Shown here: positions 1-19,753 of the stretch, one piece after another | Layout of the letters: every line of letters starts with the position of its first letter | Position numbering within the stretch: the stretch's first letter is position 1 | Assembly: GCA_002269645.1 (NCBI GenBank) | Contig: NIVC01001690.1 | Location: forward strand, 72,537 to 136,536 | Source: Macrostomum lignano | Taxonomy: Eukaryota | Length of the DNA: 64,000 nucleotides | Direction of reading: 5' to 3' | Notes under the pieces: generated by a model | What the model was told of the DNA's origin: nothing | Databases searched by the model: none | What the model saw: the letters and a program-made list of their open reading frames with translations, nothing else | Program-made: the position numbers and the translations under genes

Positions 1-2690
1 CGAGCGCACCGAGCCAGAGCAGCGGGCTGGCCATCAGACCGGCCATCAGCCAAGTCAGTGGGATGGCCAGGCGGGTACGGCGAGCGTCAAGGCCTGCTCG
101 ATTGGGTGTTGCCATGGTGACAGGCTGCGGGGAATTGCGTTGGTTTCTCTCGATTTGAATCAGTGAGAATCAGTGCACAAAGCATCAGTGAGAATCAGTG
201 CCACAAGCATCAGTGAGAATCAGTGCCACATGCATCAGTGAGAATCAGTGCCACAAGCATCAGTGAGAATCAGTGCCACATGCAATCAGTGAGAATCAGT
301 GAGAATCAGTGAGAATCAGTGCCACATGCCATGCATCAGTGAGAATCAGTGCCACAAAGCATCAGTGAGAATCAGTGAGAATCAGTGAGAATCAGTGCCA
401 CATGCATCAGTGAGAATCAGTGCCACACATGCATCAGTGAGAATCAGTGAGAATCAGTGAGAATCAGTGCCACATGCATCAGTGAGAATCAGTGCACATG
501 CATCAGTGAGAATCAGTGCCACAAGCATCAGTGAGAATCAGTGCCACATGCATCAGTGAGAATCAGTGCCACATGCATCAGTGAGAATCAGTGCCACATG
601 CATCAGTGAGAATCAGTGCCACAAGCATCAGTGAGAATCAGTGCCACAAGCATCAGTGAGAATCAGTGAGAATCAGTGAGAATCAGTGCCCACATGCATC
701 AGTGAGAATCAGTGCCACAAGCATCAGTGAGAATCAGTGAGAATCAGTGAGAATCAGTGCCACATGCATCAGTGAGAATCAGTGCCACAAGCATCAGTGA
801 GAATCAGTGCCACATGCATCAGTGAGAATCAGTGAGAATCAGTGAGAATCAGTGCCACATGCATCAGTGAGAATCAGTGCCACAAGCATCAGTGAGAATC
901 AGTGCCACATGCATCAGTGAGAATCAGTGCCACATGCATCAGTGAGAAATCAGTGCCACATGCATCAGTGAGAATCAGTGCCACAAGCATCAGTGAGAAT
1001 CAGTGCCACAAGCATCAGTGAGAATCAGTGAGAATCAGTGAGAATCAGTGCCACATGCATCAGTGAGAATCAGTGCCACAAGCATCAGTGAGAATCAGTG
1101 AGAATCAGTGAGAATCAGTGCCACATGCATCAGTGAGAATCAGTGCCACAAGCATCAGTGAGAATCAGTGCCACATGCATCAGTGAGAATCAGTGAGAAT
1201 CAGTGAGAATCAGTGCCACATGCATCAGTGAGAATCAGTGCCACAAGCATCAGTGAGAATCAGTGAGAATCAGTGAGAATCAGTGCCACATGCATCAGTG
1301 AGAATCAGTGCCACATGCATCAGTGAGAATCAGTGAGAATCAGTGAGAATCAGTGCCACATGCATCAGTGAGAATCAGTGCCACATGCATCAGTGAGAAT
1401 CAGTGCCACAAGCATCAGTGAGAATCAGTGCCACATGCATCAGTGAGAATCAGTGCCACATGCATCAGTGAGAATCAGTGCCACATGCATCAGTGAGAAT
1501 CAGTGCCACAAGCATCAGTGAGAATCAGTGCCACAAGCATCAGTGAGAATCAGTGAGAATCAGTGAGAATCAGTGCCACATGCATCAGTGAGAATCAGTG
1601 CACAAGCATCAGTGAGAATCAGTGCCACATGCATCAGTGAGAATCAGTGCCCACATGCATCAGTGAGAATCAGTGCCACATGCATCAGTGAGAATCAGTG
1701 CCACATGCATCAGTGAGAATCAGTGCCACAAGCATCAGTGAGAATCAGTGAGAATCAGTGAGAATCAGTGCCACATGCATCAGTGAGAATCAGTGCCACA
1801 TGCATCAGTGAGAATCAGTGCCACATGCATCAGTGAGAATCAATGTTTTTAAGACATGATTTAACTTTCGGGAGCGAATTAATAGTAAAATCCTCTTTTC
1901 AAATCTTGCCTTAAAAATCCGTAATCAATAGAACGAAATAAAGAATTTAAAGGCTTGAAGACCTCAAGTCATTTTCAGATCACGCAAAAAGCATGCAAGA
2001 ATTATTTTTTAAATAAGGCAATTTTAACCATTAAATAAGATCTGCCTCTGAAACAGTCCCTAATTGCCCTCCAGGCCTCTTCTCATAATTTATTCAACAC
2101 ACCGTGGCTCCTCTCATCTCAAGAGCCGTCAAACGGAAGCGATGACCCGTGGTGTCCTCACCCCTCATCAGCTGGTCTTCAACCGGCTGTGCCCCCCCCC
2201 CAAAAAAAATCCGTCAACGCACCCTGACCGGCTCGATGGCGATGGCTGTCACCGCAAAGGTCGACGCGTACATATTCAAGCCGGTCAACGCGTTGACATC
2301 TTGCACGCAGCCAATCCGCTACTCCAGGCAGTGTTGAAGAACAGCAACCGCCCGATGTTGCACGGCTGGGTCAACGAGCACAGGATGAAGTCCGATAGCG
2401 CCAGGTTCAGCACCAGCAGGTTCGGTGGGGTTCGCATCTTGGGATTCCGCAGCACCGTGCCAATGATCAACGCGTTGCGAGGGCGCCCAGTGCGATGAGG
2501 CCACAAAAGGACCAGGATGGGCCTCAGGGCGAGCAGCTCAGCGTCCAGCTCATGGCGGGATTCCCGAAGCAGCTGATCTAACGAGAGCGCTTCGGTGCCG
2601 TTTAGGCAGCGGTGGAACTCGATGATGGGCCTGATGCTGAATGGCTTCCGGTTCTGCGGGTTCGGCGATGAAGGATATCACGGTTTTTCT
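1..2690 (-). CDS. Class A (rhodopsin-family) neuropeptide-receptor-like GPCR, partial; runs off the left edge; frameshifted as assembled
   Basis: Exon ~2230-2690 reads RPILVLL..GLIALGAL(G)NALIIGTVLRNPKMRTPPNLLVLNLALSDFILCSLTQP..CKM(V)NALTGLNMYASTFAVTAIAI (TM1 GN, TM2 LALSD, TM3). Exon ~1-130 reads RRTRLAIPLTWLMAGLMASPLL (TM4). Several small indels are needed to join the frames. Confidence 0.8.
158..1842 (+). repeat. Intronic minisatellite of 10-bp (ATCAGTGAGA) and 15-bp (ATCAGTGCCACA[T/A]GC) modules
   Basis: Tandem array read directly; lies in the GPCR intron. Confidence 0.95.
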
Positions 2691-2692
2691 CT

Positions 2693-3150
2693 GCGACTCC
2701 CAGATCCTCGTTTCTGGGCCAGCCTCCCAGATCCTCAGTTGCTGGGCCAGCCTCCCAGATCCTCAGTTGCTGAGCCATCCTCCCAGATCCTCAGTTGCTG
2801 GGCCAGCCTCCCAGATCCTCAGTTGCTGGGCCAGCCTCCCAGATCCTCAGTTGCTGGGCCAGCCTCCCAGATCCTCAGTTTCTGGGCCAGCCTCCCAGAT
2901 CCTCAGTTGCTGGGCCAGCCTCCAGATCCTCAGTTGCTGGGCCAGCCTCCCAGATCCTCAGTTGCTGGGCCAGCCTCCCATATCCTCAGTTGCTGGGCCA
3001 GCCTCCCAGATCCTCAGTTGCTGGGCAAGCCTCCCATATCCTCAGTTTCTGTTTCAGCCTCCCAGAGTGTCAGTTGCTGGGCCAGCCTCCCAGAGTGTCA
3101 GTTGCTGGGCCAGCCTCCCAGAGTGTCAGTTGCTGGGCCAGCCTCCCAGG
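2693..3150 (+). repeat. 28-bp minisatellite (GGGCCAGCCTCCCAGATCCTCAGTTGCT)
   Basis: Period 28 measured (CCTCAGTTGC at 2761 and 2789). Confidence 0.9.
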
Positions 3151-3418
3151 TCCCCAGTGCAAATCCAGTTACCTGCAGGTGCCGGTGGCAGGGGGAATTG
3201 TTGCCGACGTGAATCATCCATGAAAAATGTTCAGTGGCAGCGCTCTGCCCATCGTCGCCGCTTCGGACCATTGTGCTTTTTATTTTAATTTTTGTCGTTG
3301 AAAGCAAAAAAGGATTGAAGAAGCAGAAACAGAGACAGACTGCTAAGCGCTATTTTAAGTATGCTTTTTTCAGGCTAGAGCTCATTGGCTCAGCTTTGTG
3401 TAGGCGATTGGTTGGGAG

Positions 3419-4244
3419 TCAGCCAGTCAGTCAGTCAGTCAGTCAGTCACCCACTCACTCAAGTCAGTCAGTCAGTCAGTCAGTCAGTCAGTCAGTCAGT
3501 CAGTCAGTCAGTCAGTCAGTCAGTCAGTCAGTCAGTCAGTCAGTCACCCACTCACTCAAGTCAGTCAGTCAGTCAGTCAGTCAGTCAGTCAGTCAGTCAG
3601 TCAGTCAGTCAGTCAGTCAGTCAGTCACCCACTCACTCAAGTCAGTCAGTCAGTCAGTCAGTCAGTCAGTCAGTCAGTCAGTCAGTCAGTCAGTCAGTCA
3701 GTCACCCACTCACTCAAGTCAGTCAGTCAGTCAGTCAGTCAGTCAGTCAGTCAGTCAGTCACCCACTCACTCAAGTCAGTCAGTCAGTCAGTCAGTCAGT
3801 CAGTCAGTCAGTCAGTCAGTCAGTCAGTCAGTCAGTCACCCACTCACTCAAGTCAGTCAGTCAGTCAGTCAGTCAGTCAGTCAGTCAGTCAGTCACCCAC
3901 TCACTCAAGTCAGTCAGTCAGTCAGTCAGTCAGTCAGTCAGTCAGTCAGTCAGTCAGTCAGTCAGTCAGTCAGTCAGTCACCCACTCACTCAAGTCAGTC
4001 AGTCAGTCAGTCAGTCAGTCAGTCAGTCAGTCAGTCAGTCACCCACTCACTCAAGTCAGTCAGTCAGTCAGTCAGTCAGTCAGTCAGTCAGTCACCCACT
4101 CACTCAAGTCAGTCAGTCACCCACTCACTCAAGTCAGTCAGTCAGTCAGTCAGTCAGTCACCCACTCACTCAAGTCAGTCAGTCAGTCAGTCAGTCAGTC
4201 AGTCAGTCAGTCAGTCAGTCAGTCAGTCAGTCAGTCAGTCAGTC
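3419..4244 (+). repeat. (CAGT)n microsatellite with recurring CACCCACTCACTCAA interruptions
   Basis: Read directly; explains the spurious SQSV ORFs. Confidence 0.95.
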
Positions 4245-4689
4245 CAAAGCTCTACTCTGCCAAAAAAGTTCGGTCAAAATAATTGCTGTCAGCAGTCTTT
4301 TTAAGAAGAAATGGGAACTTTTCTTTGCAGAATATTTTTTACCCAAGAAATATAATCCCTAAGAAATTGATTGATGTGCGACAACCCCAAGTGCAGTACA
4401 CCGGATGCAAGAGTCTAGGGATCCCTGCTTATTAATGCTTGGCCCTGCGGCATGGATTCTCAATTCGTATTGATTTGCTGCAGCCCCGGGCCGCATGATT
4501 TTAGAGGAAAAATTTGCGTCAAAACTTGCTAGGATCTGATCAATACATATTGCTAATACTGCACTGACCACTGTGTGTTGACATTTTCGTCTGCGGTTCC
4601 TAAAAGTACAGAATTGGACCGGAAATTAAGCAGTGCACAGAGCTTTTCGTTACGGGATTTTAAACTTAACGTTTCTGGACACCCAATCT

Positions 4690-5034
4690 CTCACTCACTC
4701 ACTCACTCACTCACTCACGCACTCACTCACTCACTCACTCACTCACTCACTCACTCACTCACTAACTCACTCACTCACTCACTCACTCACTCACTCACTT
4801 ACTCACTCACTCACTCACTCACTCACTCACTCACTCACTCACTCACTAACTCACTCACTCACTCACTCACTAACTCACTCACTCACTCACTCGCTCACTC
4901 ACTCACTCACTCACTCACTCACTCACTCACTCACTCACTCACTCACTCACTCACTCACTCACTCGCTCACTCACTCACTCACTCACTCACTCACTCACTC
5001 ACTCACTCACTCACTCACTCACTCACTTACCCAC
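4690..5034 (+). repeat. (CACT)n microsatellite
   Basis: Read directly. Confidence 0.95.
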
Positions 5035-5275
5035 TCATTAACATATTCAGTGCAATTCAGTAAGTTCGAAAGTCTAGAGGGTGAGATATTGTCAATTTAG
5101 TGCTGGAGATTGAACACTTCCAGTCTAGCTGATGGATCTCTTGCTGTTGTTCAGACCTGAAAGGAAAAATAGAAGCCTTCATTAACCTTTAGTCCCAAAG
5201 GGCTTCCCAGAGTATAAATAACAGGTTAAGGGTCTCCGCGATTTAGGGCTTCCGGTTACCGATCTCCCCAATATT

Positions 5276-5555
5276 TAAGTTCAAAAAGTTTGTCGTCTGT
5301 ATATTCAAACAAAGAATGCTGGGACAAGGCTACATTATTTTTCAACATAATCTCCTTGGCGATCAATACACTTCTGCCAACGGTCGTGCAGCTCTTGGAT
5401 GCCACTGGTGTAGAAGGTTACCGTCTGGTCCTCCAGCCACTGGTTCACGAGGGCGATGACCTCCTCATTGGACTCAAAATGGCGCCCTCGGAGTGGCTTC
5501 TTCAGCTGGCGGAACAAGTAGAAATCCGAAGGGGCCAGGTCTGGTGAATAGGCTT
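5276..5555 (-). mobile_element. Mariner transposase 3' remnant with terminal repeat
   Basis: YSPDLAPSDFYLF...WQKCIDRQGDYVEK is the classic mariner C-terminus. The adjacent end contains GTTCAAAAAGTT, as does the TIR of the intact mariner at 50202. Confidence 0.9.
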
Positions 5556-6429
5556 TGAGTTCTTGCTGAAAAAATGACTTCAAAAACTGATGAAAGGTTG
5601 AACATCTGCCATAAACAATCTACGAGTGTATAAAAGTACTATTCCAAAGCAAAAAAGTTTCATGAAAAGATTATGTGATGTGGCCAAACGACAAGTAGCA
5701 AGTAGCAGGCTTTATGGCCATAAGGCCTTATGTACACTTGATAGATAGGCTAATTGGGAATTTTTTCGCAAGCTTCATAGGCTGTTCACGTGCTGGGCTT
5801 TCTAAAGTGAGGGCCTGTCAACTAAAGCTCATAAAATGGAGCCGAGTAACCTATGTACACAAATAGTATATCATTCTGCTCACAGTGACAACAGGAAGCT
5901 GGATTTGGCAAATAAGCGGCAAAAATTGGACCTGGGATAGGAGAGAACAAGCAAGGAGATAATTAGGGACTCCACCTTATGAGCTTAAGTTTATAATAGT
6001 CCGGCGGTGTATAAATACACTGGCGCTTGTGTCTGCTGGCGCTTTTCGATGGCGTTGGTTTTGCAGTTTTTCTCCCCAGTTCTTGTCTGCACTTCTAGTC
6101 GGGGTTGCAGCAGCGTCCTTGAAATGTTTTAAAACGTAATTGAAGCAGTTATCAATGATTCATCTCTCATTGTCGGTCCAGCGCGCTCAATCAGACAGCC
6201 GCTTCGATTTGAAAGCCTCAAGTTCACACGAAGTCTCCATTTTACGTATTTTTTGTCTCTCCGTCGAGGCCCCTTCGTGAAGAATGGTCAGTAAAGACAA
6301 TTTTTTTTTACTTTCTTACCTTTCCCTTTGCACCATCTGTTAGTTTAGCTTCTTTCTGCTACAGAAGAGGCTATAATACAATGTGGGCCTTGCGTAACAC
6401 TAGTTTGTTTTTATACGGAAAGCCTAAAA

Positions 6430-6748
6430 ATAACAATAATAATAACAATTACTATTGATAACACCTGCCTCATTTAGGCCAGATGTGCAACCGACAGCTC
6501 AGTCGCAGCTATTGCGCGGCGCATCTGAAGGCTGCGTACGGCTGTTCAGTCCAAGGACTGGGGGGTCGCCACACACAGCCCCAATTACCCCAGCTAAAGC
6601 TGGAACCCATTTTACAGCTGGGTGAACTGAAGCAATGCAGAGTTAAGTGTCTTGCTCAAGGACACAAATTGTTCCGAGTGGGTCGAGAATCGAACTCCCG
6701 ACCTTCTAGTCGTGAATCCGACGTCCTAACAACTACGCTACAGCCCCC
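6430..6748 (-). mobile_element. tRNA-derived CORE-type SINE, copy 1
   Basis: Minus strand: tRNA-like head with A box and GTTCGATTC B box, then GTGTCCTTGAGCAAGACACTTAAC...CTGTAAAATGGG (resembles the MIR CORE), then a (TTA)n-like tail. Three more copies in the window. Confidence 0.85.
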
Positions 6749-6873
6749 TACAACAGGTTAAAAATAATATTAATAATTTCAGGCTGCAGGCAGTTGTGCG
6801 CGGGCAATTGTCGTGCTACCGACATGTTGAGAGCAGGTTGAGCTTCAAACACTCAGATACTACAGAGGGAACT

Positions 6874-7509
6874 GGTTACTTCGGTGACAGTCAGTTCGGT
6901 GACAAATGTGTCGAGCCAATGCGAATGGTTCAATAGGACATTTTCGTAAAAAACCTTTTCGTCCAAAATTTAAAATGGATTTTGAATTTAGTTTAAAATA
7001 GTTTTCTTAGTAATTACTATATTTCAGTGTCCTGCAAAGTTAAGATACAATATATATCCTCTAAGGGACATTACAATTTTTTGTTTAAGTGAAGGGTTTC
7101 TAAGAAATAAACATGAAAAATAAATCTAACCCTTAATTAATCTAACTTAATTTTTCCTTTACATCTATGCTTGGCATGGACACAGTATTTTATATTTCAT
7201 TTTGTAAGCTTTTGACAAGTTATGTTTTTGACGAAATAAGAAAGCGTAAAAGTAAATATAGCATGTTTCTGAGAAGCACTTTGCTTTGAAAAGAAATCTT
7301 AAAAATTAAAATATACGTTCTTTTTCTTAGAAACACGTCACATTAAACAAGCAGTATACTTCCTTTTCGAAACTGGCCTATTTAAGCAAGGCATCAAATT
7401 ACTCAGAGTGACTAATCTAGAGCCACTCGTAATCTATAATCTATTTCAGTTTTAAATGTGAAATTATGCACACATTTCTGTCACCGAACTGACTGTCACC
7501 GAAGTAACC
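6874..7509. mobile_element. Non-autonomous DNA transposon (MITE-like), 31-bp TIRs
   Basis: GGTTACTTCGGTGACAGTCAGTTCGGTGACA at 6874-6904 and its exact reverse complement at 7479-7509; AT-rich non-coding interior; no TSD found. Confidence 0.7.
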
Positions 7510-7885
7510 GTAATTCACTTCAGATGCCTACCTTACTGAAAAGATCTTAGTTTTGCTCTGTTTTTTCACAAATTTAATTTCGAGCTGCTGTAGCCACAGC
7601 TGAGTTCATGCCTGCACAGAGTCAACATGATTCAGTCACGGGGGTCTCCCGTGTTTACAAATCTCTCTCATCGAGTTGTGCATGCCGGCAAACAGGGAGA
7701 GCCTTCTACCAATCTAACGCACTGAATAAGCCACTTTCACTCTGGCCTAATAGCCATATTGGCTTGGGTAAAATTAGTTTAATCTGCAATCAATCAAACT
7801 AATATTGACGGAAGTTTGCTGGCTCATGCGGATACCATATGGCTATATAAGTCGAAAACGTTTCACTCAAGTCATCCCGGACACA

Positions 7886-10316
7886 ATGTCCTCCGTATCG
7901 TCTCCACTGTCAGTGCTATCTGACACCGAGAGAAGCCTGCGAATAGCGATTGGCATCGCACAGCTGCCAGTCCTTCTGCTTGGCCTCTGCCTCAACTGCC
8001 TGCTGATTGCCTATTCGATGCGGTGCAAAATTGGCACCGCAATTTGCACCGTTTTGATGCGAGCCAACGCTGCGTTTGACATTGGAGTGATGCTGACACA
8101 CCTGGTCACAGTGCAGCTGCCGCTGGTGCCGAGACCGCATCCTGCCGCTGAGCTGGCGCTGTGGCAAATCTACTGCACTGTTGTGTACAGCCACATGACC
8201 TTCTGGCTATTTGTGAACGCCAGCACGTACTGTTTAGTCGGCTTGTCAATTGAACGATGCGTCTGCTTGGGTGCCCCGTTCTGGTACCGCCTGCACTGGC
8301 GCAGACTGCGACTGCTGCTGGTTGCCTTGCCAGCTGCATCCAGCCTGCCTGTGAACTTGCCGTTCTCCCTCATCAGCACCTCCGCTGTGCCTTCGCTGGC
8401 TGAGGGGGCCGCCGCCAATGCAACTCCTGGCTACAAGTGAGTGAGTTCCGCCGACTCCGCTGAGCAGTCATACCATGTACGCACAGGCACACACTCTGAC
8501 AGGAGTGTACAGCGGCCCTAACTTTATTTATCGTTAGGCATGCACACTTCACTGCGCCTTGGGGTTGGCCCTCACTGTGCCTTGGGGTTGGCCCTCACTG
8601 TGCCTTGGGGTTGGCCCTCACTGTGCCTTGGGGTTTGCCCTCACTGTGCCTTGGGGGGTTGGCCCTCACTGTGCCTTGGGGTTGGCCCTCACTGTGCCTT
8701 GGGGGGTTGGCCCTCACTGTGCCTTGGGGGGTTGGCCCTCACTGTGCCTTGGGGTTGGCCCTCAAGGGCAGGGCGTTCATTGCACGAGCAGAGCCAAGCC
8801 GAGATTCCAATTTAGCCCCAAATCAATTTGACTGCAATTGGAATCGAGCCTGGGCCGCTGGCACATCAGAGAGCCGTGCGAGACCCGCGGGCTATGCCCC
8901 CCCCCCCCAGACGAGTGAATCGATGATTGAGCGAGTGAGTTCTTGATATATTAAGCTTTTGAGTGACTTTTTGAGCAAGTTAATGATTAAGCTCATAGGT
9001 GAGTTTTCATCAGTGAATTCAAGAGTGAGGTTGTGAGTTTATTAATAAGTTTATGAGTCAGTGAGTTGTTCATGAGCGAGTTAGTTCATGGGTGAATTCA
9101 TGAGTGCTTTCATGAGTGAGTTCATGATCATTGAGTTCATGCGTGAGTTCATGATGAGTTGAGTTCATGAGTGAGTTCATGAGTGAGTTCATGAGTGAGT
9201 TCATGCGTGAGTTCATGAGTGAGTTCATGAGTGAGTTCATGAGTGAGTTCATGAGTGAGTTCATGAGTAAGTTCATGAGTGAGTTCATGAGTGAGTTCAT
9301 GAGTAAGTTCATGAGTGAGTTCATGAGTGAGTTCATGAGTGAGTTCATGAGTGAGTTCATGAGTGAGTTCATGAGTGAGTTCATGAGTGAGTTCATGAGT
9401 GAGTTCATGAGTGAGTTCATGAGTAAGTTCATGAGTGAGTTCATGAGTGAGTTCATGAGTGAGTTCATGAGTGAGTTCATGAGTAAGTTCATGAGTGAGT
9501 TCATGAGTGAGTTCATGAGTGAGTTCATGAGTGAGTTCATGAGTTGAGTTCATGAGTGAGTTCATGAGTGAGTTCATGAGTGAGTTCATGAGTTGAGTTC
9601 ATGAGTGAGTTCATGAGTGAGTTCATGAGTAAGTTCATGAGTGAGTTCATGAGTGAGTTCATGAGTGAGTTCATGAGTGAGTTCATGAGTGAGTTCATGA
9701 GTGAGTTCGTTCACTTCATGATTTCACAACTTCATTCATAACGGGGTGAATATAACGATATTCAGGCTCCTTTCCCATGTACATGATGTGACCAATGTTC
9801 CATCGAAAACTCCCGACCAGATGCGTCACATTCAGCGCCCCAACGCCGCTGTTGACGGCTTTCGGCGTGGCAAACTTTCTCACAATCTGGCTACTGCCCC
9901 TGACTGTTATGCTGGCCACCTATGCCATCACGCTGACCGTTTTGCGTCGCAGCCTTGACAATCAGCCAGTCGAATTGGCTGCTGCATCGTCTGTAAACGA
10001 ACGTCGTTTAAGCATCGTTTCCAAAGCAACCAGGCGGCTTACGAAAGCCATAGCGGCCTCGTGCTGCTTGTACGCCCTGCTGCACAGCCTCAGTGCTGTC
10101 AGCTTCATCTGGCGAAATCTGAACAATTCAGACCTGCCGCTGACTGGCAACGCGGGTATCGACAGCCTGTTGGCCAGACTGTTCTATCCAATGCTCGTGG
10201 CTTTGAATAGCATCACTAATCCTCTGCTGTTTATTCTGTTGCTGCCAGAGTTTCGTAAATTTGCGAATTGTCGGCTCGGCTGTTGTAGGATTACTGGTAG
10301 CGGTCGCGATGGCTAA
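7886..10316 (+). CDS. Divergent orphan class A GPCR, 2 exons, ~348 aa
   Basis: join(7886..8436,9821..10316): AA|gtgagt donor and ccag|A acceptor give an in-frame join. Seven hydrophobic segments; ERC at the DRY position; NPLLF at the NPxxY position. Confidence 0.85.
8551..8764 (+). repeat. 23-25-bp minisatellite (ACTGTGCCTTGGGGTTGGCCCTC)
   Basis: Tandem array. The unit matches a single-copy segment of the dispersed element at ~13906-13928. Confidence 0.9.
9050..9710 (+). repeat. 12-bp minisatellite (GAGTGAGTTCAT / GAGTAAGTTCAT)
   Basis: Read directly; lies in the GPCR intron. Confidence 0.95.
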
Positions 10317-11132
10317 AATGTTTACTGCAGATTTGATTAATGTATTTAATTTAAATAACAGTGTGGTGTTAATGAACGGATTTATCCGCAACTCAGCCAA
10401 ATTACGTCGTTAAAATGCTTTATACACACTACGTCATCTTTTAAATTCTTTCTTTACCTCGCTTCTCCGTCTCTGATTGGCTGGCGCAGGGGTGGGGTAG
10501 CTAGTTTCATCACCGTCCACCGTCCCTTTTCTCTCTCTGCCCTGCTTCTCTGTCTCTGGTTGGCTGACAGATTAAGCTAACCCTCTCTTTCTAACCCTTT
10601 CAACTGTAAATGCACTTTTACTACTTGATTTTTAGGGCAAACAGAACTGATTGTCTACTACAGCTGAACTTTCTAATAAAACAAAAACAGAAAGGCTACA
10701 GAAATAAAGCAAAATTTTTCATTTCAAAAATTATTTCTTTATTTATTATAAATAAAATTTTAAACTTTTGAGTGGGTAGCATAGCTAAATATTTAATAAA
10801 GGATTGAAGAATAATATTAAAACAGTCCTATTAACCTAGTAAATACTGATACCAGCAAACTAAAGAATTTACGATAAAGATTACGTATCATGGATTAGGA
10901 CTAACAAGGCAGAAGTATTTAATGTAAATAAAAATGTTCTTAACGATTAACATAATTTCTAGCAGTATTGTAAAAATTGGGGCAGTTTAGGAAAAATGTG
11001 TATATTGTTATGTTACTAGAAGTACATGTATGAATAATGAATGTAAAAAAACAGAATTTTGTTAATTACTCAATCGATAGTTGGTGTGTTTTGTTTTAAT
11101 CCGAAATCGAATCTTAGCTTAGTTCGGCTTAG

Positions 11133-19753
<8,621 letters not shown>

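Noticed and set aside
3234-5100. Long ORFs (SQSV, THSL repeats) and similar ORFs at 9070-9589, 11133-12179, 18276-19425, 30603-31479, 55822-56698
   Set aside because: Stop-free translations of micro- and minisatellites; only the real exon portions were kept.
5990-6300. Minus-strand stretch reading WTDNER*IIDNCFNYV, vaguely Myb/Crypton-accessory-like
   Set aside because: In-frame stop, short, no supporting context.
6660-6748. tRNA-like sequences here and at ~14940-15017, ~45700-45760 and ~54770-54849
   Set aside because: No complete cloverleaf or acceptor stem; they are SINE heads or degenerate fragments.
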